Below are positions 54,969-64,000 of a DNA stretch of 64,000 bases, one piece after another. The stretch lies in the NCBI GenBank assembly GCA_951406725.2, contig OX597825.1, positions 12,090,001 through 12,154,000 of the forward strand, written 5' to 3'. The notes under the pieces are model-generated. The model worked only from the letters and a program-made list of their open reading frames with translations. It did not search any database and was not told the DNA's origin. Position 1 is the stretch's first letter. The number at the start of each line of letters is the position of its first letter. The stretch comes from Octopus vulgaris. Lineage: Eukaryota. Position numbers and translations under genes: made by a program.

Positions 54969-55112
54969 GGTCGGGCCGTCAGCGACTAAACCGGCAACCC
55001 CACCTAGCTTGCTTGGTCAGGAGGGTGTTTATTGGACATCCTGCGGGATGAAAAACAAAACCCATGAAAGGGCGGAGGAACTCTTGAGAGTCAACGGCCA
55101 TCCAATAAATGT
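54969..55112 (+). mobile_element. possible RTE-type LINE 5' UTR fragment
   Basis: GC-rich structured island starting with an HDV-like P4/J4-2 arrangement; family assignment is from recall only. Confidence 0.35.
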
Positions 55113-55371
55113 TTAATTATAGATTTACTGTATATCAGTCTTTTTCTCACTAATTTTTATATATTGTATATTTCATAGCTTGCTCATTATATAAATGTTT
55201 ATATACTTCACATCATATATTTTATGTATATTTTGTATATCAATCTTTTGTTTTATATATCGTATATTTCTCTCTCTCTTTTTTCTCCTTATATCAATCT
55301 TATCCAGCTTAAGGTTGTATCATGCGCGGGGACATATAAATAATCGGACATACATCCATACGTATATACGG

Positions 55372-55407
<36 letters not shown>

Positions 55408-56076
55408 ATACGTGCACACGCGCGTGTGTGTATATGCGCACGAATGTACGTACAAATACAATATACAACGTACTATTTCATGTGCTACTAAAAAAAAGAA
55501 CTATTACATTGATATGAAAAAGCTACATCAGTCCAGTTTTTAACCCTACAAATATCGATAGAGACGCGAAGATGCAAAATATCCGAACATTGATAGAAGA
55601 TTAGACATCGTATCTATGTCTCTAAGGGAACGTTATAATAATGGACGACAGGAAAAAAAATCTCCACGAAGCCTAAACGTAGATTTATTTTCCCATCGAA
55701 ATCTGTGATCGGATTATTCAGTCAGAATTTTAAGTAACTTTAGTAATACTAAGAAATCTTCTAACGTCCATAGCATTAAACCTACAATGCCATTAGCTGA
55801 TTTAATAATATTGATAATAAGGTTATTTTTTAATCTGCTTCAGTTTGTCGACATATCTTTCCGATCAATAATCTACATATTCTTATTATACAGTGCCCTA
55901 AAATTCGCTAAGAAATACGTTATCATATATGCAAGGAAAACTACGTTTTGTCTCAAATTCTGCTTGTCGGAAGAAATCTAATATAACTGTTTTCTTGTTG
56001 CTTTTAGCTAAGAATGCGAGAGTAAGGTAGCGTGATATGAAAATAAGCTTGTAGGAAAACATATTTGCTACGTATT

Positions 56077-56483
56077 TTTACTCGTTTCTATGTACTTTTA
56101 CTCGTTTCAGTCAATTGACTGCGGTTATGCTGGAGCACCGCCTTTAGTCGAGGAAATCGACCCCAGGACTTATTCTTTGTAAGCCTAGTACTTATTCTAT
56201 CGGTCTCTTTTACCGAACCGCTAAGTTACGGGGACGTAAACACTTCAGCGTCGATTTTCAAGCAATTGTGGAGAGGGGGGGGAACACAGATACACAAACA
56301 TATACACACACATACATTTATATGTACTTATATAAGACGAGCTCCTTTCAGTTTCCGTCTACCAAATCCACTCACAAGCCTTTTGTCGGCCCGAGGCTAT
56401 AGTAGAAGACACTTGCCCAAGGTTGCCACGCAGTGGGAATGAACCCGGAACCATGTGGTTGGTAAGCAAGCTACGTACGCCTG
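56077..56483 (-). mobile_element. SINE family B, full length
   Basis: Complete copy on minus. Confidence 0.9.
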
Positions 56484-59145
56484 TGTACTATAATTTTATT
56501 AAGGTTAGACCTTCTATTTACTAACATTTGTTCAGGTAAGACGTGCAAACTGAAGTACACAAACGAGGGACCTTATCCTCACATTCATTCGTTTTTGTTT
56601 AAAAATAACATTTAGCTACTAATATTATTATGGTAAATTTCTTTGATTATCTTCGAATGATTTACCAATATACAGAACTCTTGTAGGAGGCCAAAAGACG
56701 TTGTTATATTTATGTCGAACAATGTCCTGCACACCGAGAATTTTAAACAAAATCCTCGTCAAAAAGATTAACTGTATGATATAAAATGTCTCCTCATATA
56801 GAGAATGGTTAGTAAAGCTTCTATTTTAATTTCTTCCCATCCAAAACTCGTATAATATTATACGATTTACACAACACTTATTAGTACGGTATCATAATGT
56901 TACAGAAACTATTCCCTAATTAATAAACACATAAATACGTGCAAAAGTGAATGTATATATATGGATGTAAAACTGATTGAACAGGTGAAGGGAAATGTAT
57001 AGTTCTTAAGTATGCTGCGCTGATGTTTACCCAATGGGACTTACACCTGAAACTAGATTCACACATTTGTATGCTACACTGAATAAATTAACATAAAAGC
57101 TTGTAGATATGATAGCAACGTGAATTCTATTGATCCTGCTATCGTGGTTTTCCAGTGTATGTTGGTAAAATACGTTGTAGTTAAAACTATTGATAGTAAT
57201 TGCCGAATCGTTTACATATACATAGAGTAAATTGTCACTGCCATATCTTATCAGGGAGCTTTGTATACACGATCGTTTTGCAGTGCCATACATGGTATAT
57301 TTACTCTGTGGTTTGTAGCCGATAGGTTTTTGGCACATATCTCCCGATGATTTTATAGTTGCTTCTATCAAGATGATTCGATACAGAGATAATGAAATTG
57401 GAGATTGCAATTGTCAGTTTAATATTGGGATTTATTTTCGGGATGAATTTCTGAAATCTATTCACAAATACACTATAGAATGTAAAATATGCAATTATTT
57501 TGGTCCGACTATTAAATTTAGATGGAATTTAGTCGAGGTTTTCTTATTTGCCCTGCTTATTGTTTTCGCAGCTGGCTTTTTATATTTATTTCAAAATATT
57601 CTACTTCCAGATGTGTAGGAGTAAAGAGCTCATAATTAATCTCTATTATTTCGGATTATTTCGAATCCTTTTGTTGTGGTCGTTAGACACAATAAACATA
57701 AGTTCTTGTGTGTAACAACATAACTTAATTTCAATACATAAAGCACTAAATATGCATTCACATTTCTTCTAGTTTTCTATATTAATGTAATGCACCGCTT
57801 TAAATTTATGAGATCTGCTGTTAAGTTGTAGAGTTTTACAGCTTCTGCCACAACAGAGTGTTTATTAGCCAGTACAGTGTTTGTAATTATATCGCAGAAT
57901 TGTGACAGCTATTTCGAGAAATCGAGAAATTAACGCCAACCGAACATAACTGATTCCTTTTGATCTGGAGTCACTTAGTGCCCACTCCCATAGTGCAATG
58001 GCTTCTGTATTGTATTTTTTTTTATCGTATTTAATCTGACAATAATTCATGAACAGCGGTACTGTTAAAGAAAGCAATTCTCTTTTTGTCACGTGTGAGG
58101 TATGTACTTCAGCGGAAAGGAATTTGTTTATTATTTTTTTTACTTAATACATTATCAATATAGAAATGCAGATAGTTGGAAAGAACGTGGTTGACGAATG
58201 GCCAAACAAGAGAGAATTTGAATAACAGTTTGTAAAATCTGTGCTTTGGAGTAATGCATATGCTCGTATATTCCCCTACAGACTATATCAAGTACAAAAT
58301 ATTTTTGATGTACATATCTAACTTTATATTCTACACACACATTGACTCAAATATACAGTTACACACATACACTCACAAGCACACATTCCTTACAAGTGTT
58401 AGCGGACAGCATATTTTGAACGTGTCTCTATTGTGTTGCAATTGTATGTGTAAATGATAGAATCCTGCATATTACCGGATATCCCCATATTGCATTCTAC
58501 TGTAATATATATCCAACTTATAGTCGTAACGTAATTATCTGCCTATGCTAACGTATACGATTCTTTATTATCTATTTATAAACAGAAGAATAACAGCATG
58601 TAGCTTCAAGACTGTGAAACAGAAATAGTAGTATCATGATATGGATTGTAATGGATGGGTTTATCCGTTTCGTGTTAGTAGGTCAATAGCCTAAAAACCT
58701 ATGGAAAGAGCGCGATATCGGTGGCCGAGAGACACAAAGCGTTTCCATGGTAATTAATAAATGCTCAGCTGTATAATTTGCGAGGAGAATTTCTGTTGTC
58801 CTTTAGTGTAGTTTTAATCTTCAAGAAGAAATGTCATATAAATTCAAGGAAAATATATTTCTAAGCAGCGATATGATTCAACAAATTTTTATTATAAAAA
58901 CAATATTTTTTTCTCAAAGCATACTGTGAACGAAAAGTTCAAAAATATTTTACTGGAGAATGTCGATAGTTCGAAAGCTAATCACAGATAATCATTGCAA
59001 AAATTCCTGCTTATAAGTTTAGTCTCTGTCTAGCTTATATGAGAGGTTAAGGTGTGATTTGAAGAAGATATAAGTGGTCCATAGTTTCTAGCATAAAGTG
59101 GAGCATGCATGATTCTCCTCCTTGTCAGTTATTCATTTACGTCTA

Positions 59146-59305
59146 CAGGCGCAGGAATGGCTGTGTTGTAACTAGCTTGCTTACAAACCACATGGTTCCG
59201 TCCCCGTATCCCCGTAACTTAATGGTTCGGTAAAAGAGACCGATAGAATGAGTACTAGGCTTCCAAAGAATAAGTCCAGGGGTCAATTTGTTCGATTAAA
59301 GGCGT
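59146..59305 (+). mobile_element. SINE family B with internal deletion
   Basis: Head joined directly to the TCCCCGTAACTT tail section. Confidence 0.8.
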
Positions 59306-59397
59306 TACTCAAATGTCTCAAACAAATAAGTGAATAAAATAATAGACCCATATACGTGGACACTAGCGTTCACAAATATATATATATATATATATAT

Positions 59398-59807
59398 TCT
59401 CTCTTTTGCTCTTTTACTTGTTTCAGCCATTTGACTGCGGCCATGCTGGAGAACAGCCTTTAATCGAGCAAATCGACCCCGGGACTTATTCTTTGTAAGC
59501 CCAGTACTTATTCTATCGGTCGCTTTTGCCGAACCGCTAGGTGACGGGGACGTAAACACACCAGCATCGGTTGTCAAGCAATGCTAGGGGGACAAACACA
59601 GACACAAACACACATACATATATATATATACATATATACATATATACGACAGGCTTCTTTCAGTTTCCGTCTACCAAATCCACTCAGAAGACATTGGTCG
59701 GCCCGGGGCTATAGCAGAAGACACTTGCCCAAGATGCCACGCAGTGGGACTGAACCCGGAACCATGTGGTTGGTTAGCAAGCTACTTACCACACAGCCAG
59801 TCCTGCG

Positions 59808-59810
<3 letters not shown>
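59398..59810 (-). mobile_element. SINE family B, full length
   Basis: Complete copy on minus. Confidence 0.92.
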
Positions 59811-59893
<83 letters not shown>

Positions 59894-60249
59894 TATATAT
59901 ATATACTTAATCATGTCGAAGGGAAATGGAAATTAATAGAAATTTTCACCTCCTGTGGCCTAGTGTGTAAACATTTAGTCCAAAGACTATGTATTACTCA
60001 TAAAATACAGTGTGTATTTAAACATATGAGGATTCAACACGCTAGAAAGGACAGCTAGAAAACTAGATGGTAAAACTTTTTATTTTTTCATTTCTTTCCT
60101 ATCGGGATTTTATCCCTAATTTTGTGGTTATTCCACGAGTGGATTCCTTATTTGTTTAAATGTACAACTTATCGTTTCGAGTTCGTGTACGTATGTATGT
60201 ATGTATGTATGTATGTATGTATGTATGTATGTATGTATATATGTGTGCA

Positions 60250-60435
60250 CGCATTTTTTTTCACTCCTTGTTTCTCTCCGTGTTTCTTTTCTGTGTATCT
60301 TTCTGTTGAAGAGCGTAGGCTCGAAACGTAAAAGACTTGTTTTATATATATTCCTGAGCGCCATACTAATACATTTGTGTGTTTGTATTCCACCTGCCTT
60401 CGTCTTTTGTTTATTTTCATAAAGCTTCCCGTTAT
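60250..60435 (+). mobile_element. Penelope pLTR-like fragment with minimal hammerhead variant (60298-60335)
   Basis: TCTTT/AAAGA stem I, CTGTTGA-A, GAGC/GCTC, GAAAC-GTA; microsatellites on both sides. Confidence 0.6.
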
Positions 60436-60895
60436 GTATATATGTATGTATGTATGTATGTATATGTATGTGTGTGTGTGTTGTGTACATGCACTATAAT
60501 CCTTGAGACGCTTAATTCTACTATAATTTCTACTATAATGTATAACAAATTTTGATATTGTAATGTAAAAGCCTCCAAACTCCTTTATGGAGAACTTCCA
60601 AATATTGCATGGCTTTATTCAGTTAGATAGTATGAATTATTGACTGTTGTGAATAAAGGCGTAGTCGTATTCTTTACTGTCCCTTTCCAATGAAGAACTG
60701 CCAATAAATATGGAATACTTCAATTCCTATGTTTCACAGAAATTGTGTAACATGTGACTATTTTTGCAAATATAGAAAATTTCGGAGCAAGATTCCTTTA
60801 TGTCTGGTGAGATTAATCTCTTGTTTATAAACGAATCAGACATCGCGCATATACAAATCTATAAACACCAATCCCATACGCACACGTACAACACG

Positions 60896-60942
<47 letters not shown>

Positions 60943-61940
60943 ATATATATATCGGAGTGCGTATGTGGAGAGAGAGAGAGAGAGAGTGATGAAGATAAAT
61001 ATATGTATACATATGCATATACACAGGAACATAGTGTGTGTGTGCGGGTGTACATAATTAATCGTTTAGTTTAGCATCGAACTAATTAGGATTTGGTTTG
61101 CGATTCAAATAATAGCATATCAGGATACACCCAGAAACACATATATTGGGTGTGTACGTTTGCATCACTATGTGCGGTGTGCATAGTGTTTGTGTGAACA
61201 TATTTGTATGTATTTGCGTGCACGTGTACTTAAGTATAAAACTTTATTCAAAATAGTTTATGCATCAACTCCATAAGCCATTGTAATAAGCAGGTGCCCT
61301 TTTATTTGAGAAACGAAATATCACATTTGACCAAATTTACTTAAGTCTGATGCTCTGTTTATAAAGATTATTTAGAGTAATGTAATAAAGCAATGAAACA
61401 TGTTTCTAGTTACAGAAAACCAGCTATATCTTTTATAAAGACTAGTAATTTGTCTGGCAGATACTTTCAAATATAGAGGTTATCTTTGCCATAGGAAGTA
61501 TGAACATATGAATAACTTTTTTCCATTTATGTTGTTTCATTTATTTTTGTTTGATCTACTGTTCATTGTTTTAGATTTTGTCTTTTTTGCCAGAATTTAC
61601 ACATACTTTTTAGGTGACTGTCTCTTATGTTACTTCGAATAATACAATTTTTATCTTTATTTTAAGTTAATAGACATACGCTTCGTATTTTCTTTACTCG
61701 AAATGCTAGAACAACTATCACTGGTGGTTCCATCTATTTTTCTTCATTTCTACTTCGTGGCTGTAATATAATCTCTCATACTATAATTCTAGGAATTCTA
61801 GTTTCGATATTTTACATGCCAAAATATTATTTTCTATGAATATGGGTTCGTACACCAACCAATGAAGAATAAAATATAATGTACCTGAACAATATGTGTA
61901 TGAGTTGAAGGGGTGACATAATGCGTAAGAGTATCTGAAG

Positions 61941-61977
<37 letters not shown>

Positions 61978-62109
61978 GGAAGTGAAAGGGATCCTAGTGG
62001 AAAGGATTGGGAACGATGGCAAGAGAGAAACAGTGATGACATAATGTGCGATAAGGAGTCCAGAGCTCAAAATATCGGCGTACACGTGCATCTTGAAGAT
62101 AAACTTTTA

Positions 62110-62374
62110 ATATTTACGTTTACACCGGAGTAAACACATAAATGTGAAACAAGGTGGAAAAAAGAGTACTCAAATACCAGTGGTAGAGTAATATGCTTTA
62201 TTTAAAGCAACAGAAAATTCAACAAAACCTGTTACTCTGAGTTTCCCGTTGCCGTTCATCGGACAGTTTTTGCTAGAATCTAGCAAAAACTGTCCGTTGA
62301 ACGGAAACGGGAAACTCAGAGTAACAGGTTTTGTTGAATTTTCTGCTGCTTTAAATAAAGTATATTTACGTTTA
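62110..62374. mobile_element. palindromic Penelope-like insertion: 88-bp inverted repeat, 13-bp TSD
   Basis: Arms 62190-62277 and 62279-62366 with about 4 mismatches; TSD ATATTTACGTTTA at 62110-62122 and 62362-62374; each arm holds a hammerhead-like motif. Confidence 0.75.
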
Positions 62375-62687
62375 TGTAGATGTAAAATTGCATCTAATGA
62401 GAGCCATGGAATACAGGTTTGCACATCTATCATGAAAGGATAGTAAGACATCTAGATAATAATGTAATTCTATATATATTGTAAACTTAATTTGCACACG
62501 CAAATTCATACACACCAATATTTGGAGCTTCAGGATTTATACCCCACACCCTTTCCCTCTTGTTCGTAGTTTCCGCCTTGCAACCGTATTTCAGTCTCTC
62601 AGTTTCTCTCCATGTCTCTCCACCCCTACTTAATATCTTCATTTCTCGTTCTGTCTTTCTTTCACTCCTCAGTTTCTCTAGTTTTAG

Positions 62688-63027
62688 TCGTTGTAGAAGA
62701 GTAGTAGACTTCGTAGAATTGGTAGTGGATGAAGTAGATGAAGGAACGAATGTGAAAGGAATGGTAAACACAAAACAGCATAAACGACTCAATAACAAAA
62801 TACATATTCATAAATCTAAATTTTTGTACAATCGAAAAGGGAACATTATTTTGAAGACTCTCATTGATAAAAGAGACAAAGAAGAGTTGGAAAATTCCTC
62901 CTTGAAGAATGAAAGAGAGAATCTGGTATTGTATGATAAATTCCATAAGAATAACAAAGAATCGGATGGTTCGCAGACAAATAATACATGGACAGATTTT
63001 GATTGGTTTCTTCAGATAGCAGCATAG
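62688..63027 (+). CDS. candidate terminal coding exon or transposon ORF fragment, product unknown
   Basis: Long polypyrimidine tract plus AG, then about 112 open purine-rich non-repetitive codons ending ...[12 protein letters not shown]; no recognised domain. Confidence 0.25.
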
Positions 63028-63160
63028 AAACACACATATATAAATGCATTCACAAACGTGCTTATTCTTAGAGGCATACGCAAATACATAAATAGCTATA
63101 ATATATGTGTATGTGCATATGTACGTATGTACGTAAGAGAAATCTCTATGTGTGTGATTC

Positions 63161-63230
<70 letters not shown>

Positions 63231-63242
63231 CATATATATATG

Positions 63243-63345
<103 letters not shown>

Positions 63346-63811
63346 GTGTATGGAACCACCAGTGATAGTTGTTCTAGCATTTCAAGTAAAGAAAATACGA
63401 AGCATATATATATATATATATACATACATATATATACAGAAACACACACATAGAGATTTATCTTCCTGTGTGTGTGTATCTAAATATTTATTGTAAGACG
63501 TGGTATTCATTATTTATTTGTATATTAATGGGAAAGTTAGTTTTACGTTAAATTTCACATACTACTTGTGAATTTGTATGTATTAATGATGCATGCACAT
63601 TTATATCTCACGTTTCTCACACATTTCCTTGTCTGTGTTTTTACAGCCAGGATATTTGTCATGAATAATATATCGTTTAGTTAAACACTTAATCGCTTGG
63701 ATATTAATTGACAAATTCACTAAACGCCATATTTATATGTATGCATATATATATATATATATATATACATATATACATAACCTACATATAGGCGTGTCTG
63801 TGTATATATAA

Positions 63812-63912
<101 letters not shown>

Positions 63913-64000
63913 GTGTGTATGTATATGTATGTGTGTGTGTGTGTTTGTGTGAATAACTTTTGTACACATATTAATAGTAGCTTTGTTCATTGTTAAATGC

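Overview
AT-rich, microsatellite-saturated eukaryotic DNA, intergenic or intronic, with no confidently identifiable intact host gene. Almost all ORFs in the track are translated simple repeats or SINEs. The SINE families and the (TA)n/(CTAT)n/(CTA)n load suggest a coleoid cephalopod, probably Octopus (inference from recalled repeat families, not a database match). Recognisable content: about 30 tRNA-derived SINE copies in four head families, several as tandem multimers; a 5'-truncated, frameshifted Penelope-like retroelement (RT + GIY-YIG); two R4/Dong-type RLE LINE 3' ends; a CR1-type RT fragment; and mariner and Tc1/maT-type transposase remnants. The most notable signal is about nine type I hammerhead-ribozyme (HHR) motifs, found by eye. 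The best case is a 375-bp insertion at 11248-11622: a 355-nt structured monomer plus a 20-nt terminal redundancy, inside a 12-bp target-site duplication (TSD). It carries a HHR with a compensatory U3-A8 core, has a diverged structural sister about 780 bp upstream, and shares its unusual core heptamer with the 3' end of the Penelope element. It is a candidate retrozyme (circular-RNA) family mobilised by Penelope. All structures were folded manually and need computational and experimental confirmation.
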